A DNA stretch of 64,000 nt, from contig CALXNX010000002.1 in NCBI GenBank assembly GCA_944389865.1, positions 1,674 through 65,673 on the forward strand, read 5' to 3'. Shown here one piece after another: positions 25,976 through 35,078 of the stretch; the stretch's first letter is position 1, and the number at the start of each line of letters is the position of its first letter. The translations under genes were made by a program, and so were the position numbers. The notes below the pieces were generated by a model. The model ran no database searches. It was not told the origin of the DNA and saw only the letters and a list, made by a program, of their open reading frames with translations. Source of the stretch: an uncultured Succinivibrionaceae bacterium. GTDB taxonomy: Bacteria; Pseudomonadota; Gammaproteobacteria; Enterobacterales; Succinivibrionaceae.

Positions 25976-27508
25976 TTATTTGTCCTCTGATGCTTCAGAT
26001 GCTCTTGCTTCCTGCAGCATTTGCTGCAGTTTGGCAAACTCAGTCTGGAATTCAGCACTGAGTGTTGCAATTTCCTGCATTAATTCAGCGCTTGAAGGCA
26101 GATCTTCCTCTTCATAGACGATCTCTTTGTATTTATTGATGGATAGATCGTAGCCGTTGGCAATAATCTCATCTTTTGGAACTAAGAAGCTCTGCTCTGT
26201 ACGCTTGCGTTCTGCTTCTGCCTCTAAATGATTCCAGCGTTCAATAATGTCGGGCAGATTACTGTGATCAAGAGGCTGGCGCTTGTCATCGAGACTGAAG
26301 CCGTCAGACTGCATGTCGTAGAACCAAACATCTTCAGTGGCGGCATGATCGGTCTTGGTAAACACCAAGATAGAAGTAGAAACGCCGGCGTATGGTTTAA
26401 ATACGCCTGAAGGCATCGAAATTACTGCCTGCAGACGCTGGTTATCTACTAGCTCTTTACGGATGGAGAGGTGCGCCTTGGAGCTGCCGAAAAGCACGCC
26501 GTCAGGCACAATTACAGCTGCTCGTCCGCCAATCTTCAGTAGGCGCAGGAACTGCGCAATGAATAAAAGCTCCGTCTTGCTGGTATTAGTTACCCGCTTG
26601 AGCACTGGATCGGTAGTATCCTTATCCAGACTGCCTGTGAAGGGAGGATTGGCCAGCACAACTGAATAGCGCCCCTGATCCTTTTCCTTAAGCTGCTGCT
26701 GTTCGCTGTTTTCAGCAACGGTAAGGCCGTTTAAGTATTGAATGTTCGGATCTTCAATATTGTGCTGCATCAGATTCATAGCAGCAATTTCCAGCATGGT
26801 AGTATCAATATCGTAGCCGGTGAAAAGCTCGGTATTGTAATAGGCCATCTTTTCAGGCTCGAATATGAGATCCGGATTCTGCTCGCGAATATATTTGCCG
26901 GCTTCAATCAGGAATCCTGCAGTACCGCAGGCCGGATCGCAGATCCGATCTGAAATGCCGGGTTTTAACAGCTCCACCATCATGCGGATAATGTGGCGCG
27001 GAGTTCTGAACTGTCCTAAATTGCCCGAGGTGGACAGCTTGCTCAGCATGTACTCGTAGATATCGCCGCGAATGTCGCTGTCAGAGCCGTCTTCATTAAT
27101 GATGCCGTAAACCTCATTCATGGCCTCCATCACCGAGACCAGCTTTTGATCAGACGGGATCTCAAACTGAGCATTCTTCATGTAGCGGGCAAAGGCGCTC
27201 TTTTTGTTGGGATTGAGGTTTTTAATCAGCGGGAAGATGGTGTTCTCAACCGTATCCCGCAGAGTGCGAGGATCAGTGATCTTCAGGAGATTGTCCCAGC
27301 GCAGATCTTCATTGCCGTCAAAGATAGAAGTGTAGGGTGTATTGAGCAGTGCCGCGTTTTTGGCCTTGACGGTATCGTAGGCGCTGAGATCGTGAATAAA
27401 CATCAAATAGGTGATCTGCTCAATTACTTTGAGCGGGTTGCTGATGCCGCCTGAATAAAAGATATCCCACAGAGCGTCAACTTTATTCTTTAAGGTTCCG
27501 GTGATCAT
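25976..27508 (-). CDS. hsdM: Type I R-M N6-adenine DNA methyltransferase subunit
   Basis: It has an HsdM N-terminal domain. The AdoMet motif is DPACGTAGFL. The catalytic motif is VLANPPFTG (NPPF). Confidence 0.95.
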   Translation of the reverse strand: MITGTLKNKVDALWDIFYSGGISNPLKVIEQITYLMFIHDLSAYDTVKAKNAALLNTPYTSIFDGNEDLRWDNLLKITDPRTLRDTVENTIFPLIKNLNPNKKSAFARYMKNAQFEIPSDQKLVSVMEAMNEVYGIINEDGSDSDIRGDIYEYMLSKLSTSGNLGQFRTPRHIIRMMVELLKPGISDRICDPACGTAGFLIEAGKYIREQNPDLIFEPEKMAYYNTELFTGYDIDTTMLEIAAMNLMQHNIEDPNIQYLNGLTVAENSEQQQLKEKDQGRYSVVLANPPFTGSLDKDTTDPVLKRVTNTSKTELLFIAQFLRLLKIGGRAAVIVPDGVLFGSSKAHLSIRKELVDNQRLQAVISMPSGVFKPYAGVSTSILVFTKTDHAATEDVWFYDMQSDGFSLDDKRQPLDHSNLPDIIERWNHLEAEAERKRTEQSFLVPKDEIIANGYDLSINKYKEIVYEEEDLPSSAELMQEIATLSAEFQTEFAKLQQMLQEARASEASEDK

Positions 27509-28005
27509 ATAAATATTCCGTCAGCTGCAGTCGTCCCGCAGTCTGCTTTAAGGTTTAAGTCATGAAGTTCGAGGTCATCTTATGGTGCAGCGCTTTTGGT
27601 GTCAAACAAAATCGGGGCTGAAAAAATATTTTTTTAACACCCGGCATTATTCCATTTGAAGGAATAATAGAACGTATAATCAGTCTTTTTGACGCCTGTA
27701 TGTTCTCTAAAAAACGACATTAAGGCGGATTTTAAAGCCCTTTAAATCTGAGGTTTTGACTGCTATACTATGAACATCTTCTGATAGACCGGCCGGGCGT
27801 AAATTTATCGCCCCTGCGACAAATTCAGCATGATTGCTGTAACCGGATGGCACGGCAGCTAATAGGAGGCTATCAGAAGCACGCTTTTCCAGCCTTTTCT
27901 CTCTAATGCGTTTTTCTTTAGTCTCAAAGGTTTTTATGCCCTTTCGATTTACGCTGTAAGCAGGACTTCAGCTCTGTGCAGCCTTGAACGAAGGGCAGAG
28001 GCCGT

Positions 28006-29640
28006 TCATGGACGAATAAGACTTGCCAGCACTTCATGCTCTTTGTTAATGCCGTGACGACGGTGATAGAAGCCGGCAGCCAGCAGCAGGATTAAGAGCA
28101 CATAAAGCGGCAGGTGACCAAAGCGCGCAAAGGGCGTCTGCCCATGATAGAGCGCGGTGCTCACTTTTAGCACCGCAGCAGAATCGCGCGGCAGGGCATC
28201 GATCACCATGCCGTCAGCTCCTATGAGCGCAGTGATGCCGGAGTTGGTGGCGCGCAGCATCGGCTTCTGCAGTTCCATACAGCGCAGGCGTGCAATATTT
28301 AAATGCTGTACCGGACCTGAAGTCAGGCCGAACCAAGAGTCATTGCTTACCATCAGGATAAGACTGCTTTCCGGGGTATCGGCATCTAAAAAGAGCTCCG
28401 GGAATACCGCTTCAAAGCAGATGGCTGGGATAAAGGGATGCCCCAGCGCACTTAAAGGTTCAGTCGGCAGCTGTCCTGTGGCAAAGGAGGACATCGGGAA
28501 ATTGAAGATGGAGCCTAAGGGGCGCAGCAGATCGGCAAAAGGCACTACCTCGCCGAATGGCACCAATTTGCGCTTGTCATAGCGCGGCAGATCTTCCAAA
28601 TCATCAAAGTTTTTAAGCTCGCTCTGACCTAAGACCACTAAGGAGTTATAGGGCCGGCGGGTATCTCTATCTACATGCTGCACGCCGGTAATGAGGGCTG
28701 CGCCTTGGGATTTGAAGGCGGCGTTGAGGTCAAAAAAGAGCTCAGGCGCACGCTCCAGGTACAGCGGCACCGCCGACTCCGGCCACACCACTAAAGTATC
28801 CGGCTTAATTTCAGGCTTGGTCAGATCCCAATAAGTCTGCAGCGTAGGGCCCACCATCTCAGGGCGCCATTTGACGCTCTGCTCGATGTTGCCCTGCACG
28901 AGGACAGCATGCAGATCACCTTGCGGGGTGGTGAATTTTAATGAGGAGGCGAAAACGCCCAGCATAAAGATGATGCCGGCTGCCGGCAGGAAGATAAACT
29001 GGCGGTAGAGCGCCAGCGCAATGGCTCCGGCGCAGAGATAGAAGCACAGATTAATGCCGCGCACGCCGATCAAGGGGGCAAAGGCCGATAAAGGACCGGT
29101 GATCGCGGTATAGCCGGCGTACACCCAAGGAAAGCCGCCGAACAGCACGCCGATGATGAGATCGGCAAGGCACCAGGCGGGCGGCAGGAAGCAGAATAAA
29201 AAGATCCCGCGCCGATCGCCTGCCAGCCGGCGTGCCATGACGGTGAGCAGAGCGTAAGGCAGGGCCAGGTAGAGCGCAAAGATTAACAGCACGGTCCAGG
29301 CTAGCGGCACCGGCATCGCGCCGAAGCCCTGGAGCACAAAGTTCAGCCACCACAATGAGGCGGCGCTTAAGGCCGTAAAAAAGGAAAGGCTTGCGGCAAA
29401 GATCTGCTTTTTAGTTCGATAGAGCGTAAGGAGCGCTGCCCCTAAGCTCAAGCCTGCCAAGGTCAAGGGCCACAGGCCGACCGGGGCAAAGCCGCAGGAG
29501 GTCAGCAGGCCCAGCAGAGCCGGGAAGAGCACCAAACCCCATTTGGCAGAAAAAAGGCGCTGCCACAGCGCCGGTTGTCCTAAAATTTCCAGAATAAGAC
29601 GGAGTTTAAGCAGCATCTTCTTCCTCAGCGGGGCCGACAA
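28006..29640 (-). CDS. lnt: Apolipoprotein N-acyltransferase
   Basis: It has a multi-TM N-terminal half and a C-N hydrolase domain (VVWPESAVP, with the later FIPAICFEAVFPEL carrying the catalytic Cys). Its position after corC is conserved. Confidence 0.9.
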   Translation of the reverse strand: MSAPLRKKMLLKLRLILEILGQPALWQRLFSAKWGLVLFPALLGLLTSCGFAPVGLWPLTLAGLSLGAALLTLYRTKKQIFAASLSFFTALSAASLWWLNFVLQGFGAMPVPLAWTVLLIFALYLALPYALLTVMARRLAGDRRGIFLFCFLPPAWCLADLIIGVLFGGFPWVYAGYTAITGPLSAFAPLIGVRGINLCFYLCAGAIALALYRQFIFLPAAGIIFMLGVFASSLKFTTPQGDLHAVLVQGNIEQSVKWRPEMVGPTLQTYWDLTKPEIKPDTLVVWPESAVPLYLERAPELFFDLNAAFKSQGAALITGVQHVDRDTRRPYNSLVVLGQSELKNFDDLEDLPRYDKRKLVPFGEVVPFADLLRPLGSIFNFPMSSFATGQLPTEPLSALGHPFIPAICFEAVFPELFLDADTPESSLILMVSNDSWFGLTSGPVQHLNIARLRCMELQKPMLRATNSGITALIGADGMVIDALPRDSAAVLKVSTALYHGQTPFARFGHLPLYVLLILLLAAGFYHRRHGINKEHEVLASLIRP

Positions 29641-30466
29641 AGACCTGCAGCAGATGCACCTGTCGGCGGGTGGCGGTCACTACCTTAAAGGTAAAGCGGC
29701 CAATCTTGACGCTTTCATCCTTGACGGGGAGATGGCCGAAGACGTGGATCACCAGACCTGCGATTGTATCGACGTCGATCTCGGGCAGGGCGGTATGGAA
29801 GTATTCGTTAAATTCCTCAATCTCGGTGAGGCCTTTGACGAGGTAGGTATCTTTTTCCGCGCTCTTGACGATGTTGGGCGTTTTGGCCACCTTCTCATCG
29901 TATTCATCGCCGATGTCGCCGACGATAAGCTCCAGGATGTCTTCAATGGTGACTACGCCGCAGACGCCGCCGAACTCGTCGACTACCACGGCAATATGCA
30001 GATGATTTTCCTGGAACTGCTTTAACATCGAGTCCACGCGCTTGGTCTCCGGCACGAAGACGCAGGGGCGCAGGATCTCGGCCAGATTCTGCGGCGCAGG
30101 CTTAATGCCGGCCACGTAGGGCAGCAGATCCTTGGCATTGAGGATGCCTAAAATATGATCTTTATCTTCGTTGGTGACCGGATAGCGGGAATGGCCGTGG
30201 GCGGAGATTACCTTGACGGCTTCAGTAAGAGAGCAGCGGCTGTCAATGGTGACCATCTGCGAGCGCGGGATCATAATGTCTGCAATGCGCTGTGTGGTGA
30301 TGTCGAAAACGCCGCGGATCATATCCTCGGTATTTTCATCGATAATGTCGCGCTCGCCGGCATCCTTGATCATTTCCGCCAGCTCGGAGCGGGTATTCGG
30401 CCGCATGCCGTGCCACAGCCTCTTGAGCAGACCTTCCTTTTCTTTACGGTCCAGTGTATTTACCAT
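29606..30466 (-). CDS. corC: Magnesium/cobalt efflux-related protein CorC (YbeX): CBS pair plus CorC_HlyC domain
   Basis: The sequence RIADIMIPRSQMV...AVVVDEFGGVCGVVTIEDILELIVGDI is diagnostic for the CorC/TlyC family. Synteny is ybeY-corC-lnt. Confidence 0.9.
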   Translation of the reverse strand: MVNTLDRKEKEGLLKRLWHGMRPNTRSELAEMIKDAGERDIIDENTEDMIRGVFDITTQRIADIMIPRSQMVTIDSRCSLTEAVKVISAHGHSRYPVTNEDKDHILGILNAKDLLPYVAGIKPAPQNLAEILRPCVFVPETKRVDSMLKQFQENHLHIAVVVDEFGGVCGVVTIEDILELIVGDIGDEYDEKVAKTPNIVKSAEKDTYLVKGLTEIEEFNEYFHTALPEIDVDTIAGLVIHVFGHLPVKDESVKIGRFTFKVVTATRRQVHLLQVFVGPAEEEDAA

Positions 30467-30528
30467 AATTAATCCGTGTTTTTCAGCTTGTAAGCCGATT
30501 ATAACAAAGCCGGCGGCCTTCTATGAAT

Positions 30529-30999
30529 TTAACTCTCCTTTTCGGCCGCGTATGGATCGGCATAGCCTAAGCCCATGACAATGCGGCTTTCGAGCGTTTC
30601 CATTTGCACGGCTTCATCCTCTTCAATATGGTCATAGCCTAAAAGATGCAGACAGCCGTGGACGATTAAATGCGCGCAGTGCTCCTTCAGGCTCTTGCTC
30701 TGGGCCTGAGCCTCCTGCTGCAGCACCTGCGAGCAGATCACCAGGTCGCCCAGCAGCGGGAGCTTAACCTCCGGCGGGCACTCAAAGGGGAAGGACAGGA
30801 TGTTGGTCGCTTTATCCATGCCGCGGTATTCATGATTGAGCTCGTGGATCTCCTCTGGACTGACGAAGCGCACCGTGATCTCGCTGTCCTCTTTGTAGTC
30901 CGCACCGTCTAAAGCGGCCTGGGCCCAGGCGGTGATCTCGGCGAGCGTGGGGATCTCAATGCCGTCATCCACCGCAATCTGCAGATCGATGTTTACCAT
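30529..30999 (-). CDS. ybeY: rRNA maturation endoribonuclease YbeY
   Basis: The zinc motif HLIVHGCLHLLGYDH (HxxxHxxxxxH) is present, along with the TNILSFPF motif. Confidence 0.93.
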   Translation of the reverse strand: MVNIDLQIAVDDGIEIPTLAEITAWAQAALDGADYKEDSEITVRFVSPEEIHELNHEYRGMDKATNILSFPFECPPEVKLPLLGDLVICSQVLQQEAQAQSKSLKEHCAHLIVHGCLHLLGYDHIEEDEAVQMETLESRIVMGLGYADPYAAEKES

Positions 31000-31008
31000 T
31001 TATGCCTC

Positions 31009-32157
31009 CTAAGTTCTGCCCGCATCAGCGGCCGGAGCCGTGGTCTCCTGCTCTGCTTTAACCTGCAGACCGGCGCTGCGCCGCCGCGCCTCCTCCTTAG
31101 CTTTCTTAGCGGCCTCCTCTTTGGCCTCAAAGGCGGCGTAGGCATTAACGATGGCGGCGACCACCGGATGGCGCACCACGTCCACCGCACCGAAATAAGT
31201 AAAGGAGATGCTGTCGATACCCTCCAAAACCGTTAAGGCCTGCTTGAGCCCGGAGCGCACTGCATGGGGCAGGTCGATCTGCGACGGATCGCCGGTGATC
31301 ACCGCCTTGGAGTTAAAGCCGATGCGGGTTAAAAACATCTTCATCTGCTCGATGGTGGTGTTCTGCGCCTCATCGAGGATGATGAAGGAGTCATTCAGGG
31401 TACGGCCGCGCATGTAAGCGAGCGGTGCAATTTCAATGATCTGGCGCTCGATGAGCTTTTCAACCTTTTCAAAACCGAGCATTTCAAACAGGGCGTCGTA
31501 GAGCGGGCGCAGATAGGGATCGACCTTCTGCGACAGATCGCCTGGCAGAAAGCCCAGCTTCTCTCCGGCCTCGACCGCCGGGCGGGTTAAGATGATGCGG
31601 CGCACCTCATTGCGCTCCAGGGCATCCACGGCTGCAGCGACGGCTAAATAGGTCTTGCCGGTGCCGGCCGGGCCCACGCCGAAATTGACGTCGTGGCTGC
31701 TGATGGCGGCGATGTATTTGGCCTGATTGTCGGTGCGCGGCTTAATCACCCCGCGCTTGAGCTTGAGCCTGGAGGCAGCTCCGTATAAATGCGCGATGTC
31801 CTGATGCAGCCGATCTTCAAAGTCCGCTGAAGGAGCATCTGCATCATCCCCGTCATCCTGCAGCAGCACGCGGCTTTCAGTCAGCTCCAAATGCACCATG
31901 TCAGGGGTGATGTAGGTGATCCGGCCGCGCCTGCCGACCGGGGCGGTTTCGAGATACAGATCTTTTAAAATCTTTTCGGCAGCCTTCACCGGGCGCTCCG
32001 GCCCCTGGAGCTGAAAATGCGCTCCGGAGTAGGCAATGGTGATGCCCAAACGCTTTTCAATTAACTTTAAATTTTCATCTTCAGGGCCGATGAGCGCGGC
32101 CAGACGGTCGCGCTCGACCGGCTCGAGCATAAAATCGGCGGTATAAGGCTTAGCCAT
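31009..32157 (-). CDS. phoH: PhoH-like ATPase (YbeZ) with a Lys/Ala/Glu-rich C-terminal tail
   Basis: The Walker A motif is [21 protein letters not shown] and [11 protein letters not shown] are present. Its position between miaB and ybeY is conserved. Confidence 0.9.
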   Translation of the reverse strand: MAKPYTADFMLEPVERDRLAALIGPEDENLKLIEKRLGITIAYSGAHFQLQGPERPVKAAEKILKDLYLETAPVGRRGRITYITPDMVHLELTESRVLLQDDGDDADAPSADFEDRLHQDIAHLYGAASRLKLKRGVIKPRTDNQAKYIAAISSHDVNFGVGPAGTGKTYLAVAAAVDALERNEVRRIILTRPAVEAGEKLGFLPGDLSQKVDPYLRPLYDALFEMLGFEKVEKLIERQIIEIAPLAYMRGRTLNDSFIILDEAQNTTIEQMKMFLTRIGFNSKAVITGDPSQIDLPHAVRSGLKQALTVLEGIDSISFTYFGAVDVVRHPVVAAIVNAYAAFEAKEEAAKKAKEEARRRSAGLQVKAEQETTAPAADAGRT

Positions 32158-33514
32158 TGATAAGCTCTCCTTTTAAGGTATGCGCCATGACTTTAGTAAT
32201 TTTTACGCGCGCCATCTGTCCGATTAAATCCTGCGGTCCGTCGATGACCACAATGCGGTTATTGGAGGCGCGGGCCTTAAGCTCGGCTGCGCTCTTGCGC
32301 GACAGCCCCTCCACTAAGACCTGCTGCTCGGTGCCCAGCATAGCCTGACTGTACTGCGCGGCAAAGCCTTCGAGCTTTTCCTGCAGCGCGTACAGACGCT
32401 CTTTTTTCAGCTCTAAGGGCGTATCGTCGGGCATGCCGGCAGCCGGAGTACCCGGGCGCTTGGAGTAGATGAAGCTGAAGCTCTGGTCAAAGCGGATGTC
32501 ATCCACAAGGCGCATGGTGTCGTTGAAGTCTGCTTCCGTCTCGCCCGGAAAGCCTACGATAAAGTCTGAGGACACGTAAATATTCGGCCGCACCTTACGC
32601 AGCTTGGCAATTAAAGTGCGGTAGTCATCGCCGGTATAATGGCGGCGCATCAGCTGCAGAATGCGATCTGAGCCGCTCTGCACCGGAATATGCACGCTGT
32701 CGGCAATCAGCGGAATGTCGCCGATAGCCTCGATAATGTCATCGGTAAATTCCATCGGATTGGACGTGGTAAAGCGCAGACGCTCCACTCCGTCCACCGC
32801 AGCGGCGGCATAGAGCAGGGTGGAGAAGCGGGCAGTATGGCCGTGCCCGTCATCGCCGCGATAGGAATTGACGTTCTGGCCTAAAAGGTGGATTTCCTTG
32901 ACCCCATTGGCGGTATGCAGGGTGATCTCATCGATGATGTCCTGCAGCGGACGGCTGACTTCCTCGCCGCGGGTATAGGGCACAATGCAGTAGGAGCACT
33001 TGTTGGAGCAGCCTTCCATAATGGTCACGAAGGCAGACGCACCGCGCGCTCCCTGATCGGGCAGAGCGTCGAATTTCTCCAGGGCCTGCGCCTCGACTGC
33101 GATCTGCGGCTGGGCGGTTTCGTGCCAGCGCTTGATAAGCTCAGGCAGGCGATGGGCAGTCCGCGGGCCGAACACTACTTTGACGTCCTTATTGAGCTTA
33201 GGGATTTCAGCTGCCAGCTCTGCGCCGACGCAGCCGCCGAAGGCGATGACGGTATGATCATCAATAATGCCCTGATGCCGCCAGCTCTGCAGTTGATTGA
33301 AGACTTTATCCTCCGCCTTGGCGCGCACCGCACAGGTAATGAGCACGATGACGTCAGCCCCTTTGGGCTCAGGCAGCTGCAGCAGGCCGGAGGCCGTGAG
33401 CAGATCGCTGACGCGCTGGGCATCATAGACATTCATTTGGCATCCCCAGACGGCGGTGTAGAAGGTGCCGCTGGGAGGCACCGGAGGCAGTTTTACATTA
33501 AATGCTGTGGTCAT
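32150..33514 (-). CDS. miaB: tRNA-2-methylthio-N6-dimethylallyladenosine synthase
   Basis: It has an N-terminal UPF0004 Cys triad region. The radical-SAM motif is CSNKCSYCIVPYTRG. A C-terminal TRAM domain is present. Confidence 0.95.
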   Translation of the reverse strand: MTTAFNVKLPPVPPSGTFYTAVWGCQMNVYDAQRVSDLLTASGLLQLPEPKGADVIVLITCAVRAKAEDKVFNQLQSWRHQGIIDDHTVIAFGGCVGAELAAEIPKLNKDVKVVFGPRTAHRLPELIKRWHETAQPQIAVEAQALEKFDALPDQGARGASAFVTIMEGCSNKCSYCIVPYTRGEEVSRPLQDIIDEITLHTANGVKEIHLLGQNVNSYRGDDGHGHTARFSTLLYAAAAVDGVERLRFTTSNPMEFTDDIIEAIGDIPLIADSVHIPVQSGSDRILQLMRRHYTGDDYRTLIAKLRKVRPNIYVSSDFIVGFPGETEADFNDTMRLVDDIRFDQSFSFIYSKRPGTPAAGMPDDTPLELKKERLYALQEKLEGFAAQYSQAMLGTEQQVLVEGLSRKSAAELKARASNNRIVVIDGPQDLIGQMARVKITKVMAHTLKGELING

Positions 33515-33551
33515 AAATATAGAGAGTTTGTCGGCAGTTAAGAACTCAAGC

Positions 33552-34133
33552 TTAGAGCTCGATACATTGTCTGAATAAATCTTCCATCATGGAGTAATCA
33601 CCTCCGAAGGAGGCGATGCTGGCCTCAACCATGCGCTGCGGCGGCACTTTGGCAAAATTTACGCGTACGCCGCGCTTTAACAGCAGCTCGCGCATAAACT
33701 CGCGCTGGGTGCGGCCGTTGCCGTCGCGAAAAGGGTGGACGGCGTTAATTTCACTTAAATAGTAAGCGGCGCGCGCAGGCAGTTCATCGTCTCTGCAGTC
33801 AGCTAAATACTGCTCTTCCTTTAAGGCCTGAAAGATTTTGCCAGCCTCGCGTTCAATATAGGCGGCGCGGCAGAAAAACAGTCCTTTAGCTATTTCAATG
33901 CGGCGCAATTCACCGGCCCAGGTGTAGAGATCCTGAAAGATGTGATGGTGGATGGCCTGCAGATGTTTTAAATCAAAGGCCCCGGGCAGGGGATGGTGAT
34001 AGAGCTCAATTAAGCGTGCGCCGGTAAGCAGGCGCTCTGCCTGCTTGAGAGCCTGCGCATCATGCAGGTCTAAAAGATTAATTAAAACGTCGCTGCCCTG
34101 ATAGCAGTAAATCAGATCCGCCTGCGCGCTCAA
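33552..34133 (-). CDS. fic: Fic-domain protein (adenylyltransferase-type toxin, class I architecture)
   Basis: The canonical Fic motif HPFRDGNGRTQR (HxFx[D/E]GNGRxxR) is present. I noticed no internal inhibitory helix motif. A TTG start at 34133 lies 3 nt after the stop of the small upstream ORF. Confidence 0.88.
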   Translation of the reverse strand: MSAQADLIYCYQGSDVLINLLDLHDAQALKQAERLLTGARLIELYHHPLPGAFDLKHLQAIHHHIFQDLYTWAGELRRIEIAKGLFFCRAAYIEREAGKIFQALKEEQYLADCRDDELPARAAYYLSEINAVHPFRDGNGRTQREFMRELLLKRGVRVNFAKVPPQRMVEASIASFGGDYSMMEDLFRQCIEL

Positions 34134-34136
34134 TCT

Positions 34137-34295
34137 TCAGGCAGCCTTGCGGTTTTTTAACTGTTCCAGCACAAAAGCCTGCAGCCTGCTGAAGCTGATG
34201 CGTCCCTGCGCAAAGTCCTGCAGCACCTGCTCCTCTGCAGGCGTCAGGTATAATTTTTCCATCGCTAAAGTAGCTTTGATTTCATCAAGAAGCAT
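34137..34295 (-). CDS. VbhA-like Fic antitoxin candidate (52 aa), absent from the ORF track because it is under 60 aa
   Basis: My translation is MLLDEIKATLAMEKLYLTPAEEQVLQDFAQGRISFSRLQAFVLEQLKNRKAA. GAGG lies 6 nt upstream of the ATG. It contains T-x-x-x-E (TLAME), resembling the (S/T)xxxE(G/N) inhibitory motif. Its stop lies 3 nt before the fic start. Confidence 0.6.
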   Translation of the reverse strand: MLLDEIKATLAMEKLYLTPAEEQVLQDFAQGRISFSRLQAFVLEQLKNRKAA

Positions 34296-34606
34296 ACTGA
34301 CCTCAAATCACAAATTTTACTTAAATTATAAGCCGGATCACGCTTTTTTACAAGGCGTCAAAAGCTGGTATATTCTGTGCTGAGCCAGGTCTCTATCCTG
34401 CAGAAAATACGGTAAAACAGCAGTTCAGTCTGGTGATTGCCGCAGGCCTCCGCTGCGGCGGCAGGCTCTTTTACTGCCGGCTGCGCTGACGCTCTAACGA
34501 GCGGCTAATTCTGCGCTAATTTTTCTCTGCTAGATTTAAAGGCTGAAGACTGGTGACAGCACCTGCTGCCAGGCTTAATGCCTGCTGTGAGTTTAATCTG
34601 CGCTGC

Positions 34607-35026
34607 ATGCGCCCTGTAGAGGAGATCTGCGCCTTGAAGCTTAAGACTATCTTTGTGACGCTCTTTTGTTGTGCCGCAGGCTTTTATGCCGCAGCGGTAC
34701 AGGCGCACGGCTTTGATCATGTTTTTTCTGATCACCGCAGGCCGCGCGGCTTTGAGCAGCAGCCGCTGACCTCCATTGAGGAAATCAAGCGCAACGGCCG
34801 GGATGATCAGTATGTAGTGCTGCGCGGGCGGCTGACCAAGTATTACGGCAAGGACAGCTATGAATTTGCTGATCTCAGCGGCGATACCATTGAGGTCAAA
34901 TTAGATGATGATGAGGACTGGTCCTATCTGTCCCGGGATGAGCTCATTGACATCTTAGGGAAGCTCGATTATGACTGGTTCTCCGTAACCATTGATGTCA
35001 AGCGCGCTGTGCCGGTACAGCAGTAG
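34607..35026 (+). CDS. YgiW/YdeI-type periplasmic OB-fold (BOF) protein
   Basis: It has a signal peptide (LKLKTIFVTLFCCAAGFYAAAVQA). This is followed by TSIEEIKRNGRDDQYVVLRGRLTKYYGKDSYEFADLSGDTIEVKLDDD, the characteristic YgiW pattern. The start was chosen at MRPVEE and is uncertain. Confidence 0.7.
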   Translation: MRPVEEICALKLKTIFVTLFCCAAGFYAAAVQAHGFDHVFSDHRRPRGFEQQPLTSIEEIKRNGRDDQYVVLRGRLTKYYGKDSYEFADLSGDTIEVKLDDDEDWSYLSRDELIDILGKLDYDWFSVTIDVKRAVPVQQ

Positions 35027-35078
35027 CCTGGGGCTTTCTTCTCCCCAAGCTTATTTTCACCCTCACCACATTTTAAGC

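Noticed and set aside
32888-33541. 217-aa plus-strand ORF
   Set aside because: It lies entirely antisense to miaB (radical-SAM motifs on the minus strand). It has no motif and no ribosome-binding site.
34147-34383. 78-aa plus-strand ORF upstream of fic
   Set aside because: It is antisense to the better-supported 52-aa VbhA-like ORF, which has a ribosome-binding site, is coupled to fic and resembles a known family. The plus-strand ORF has no ribosome-binding site and no recognisable family.
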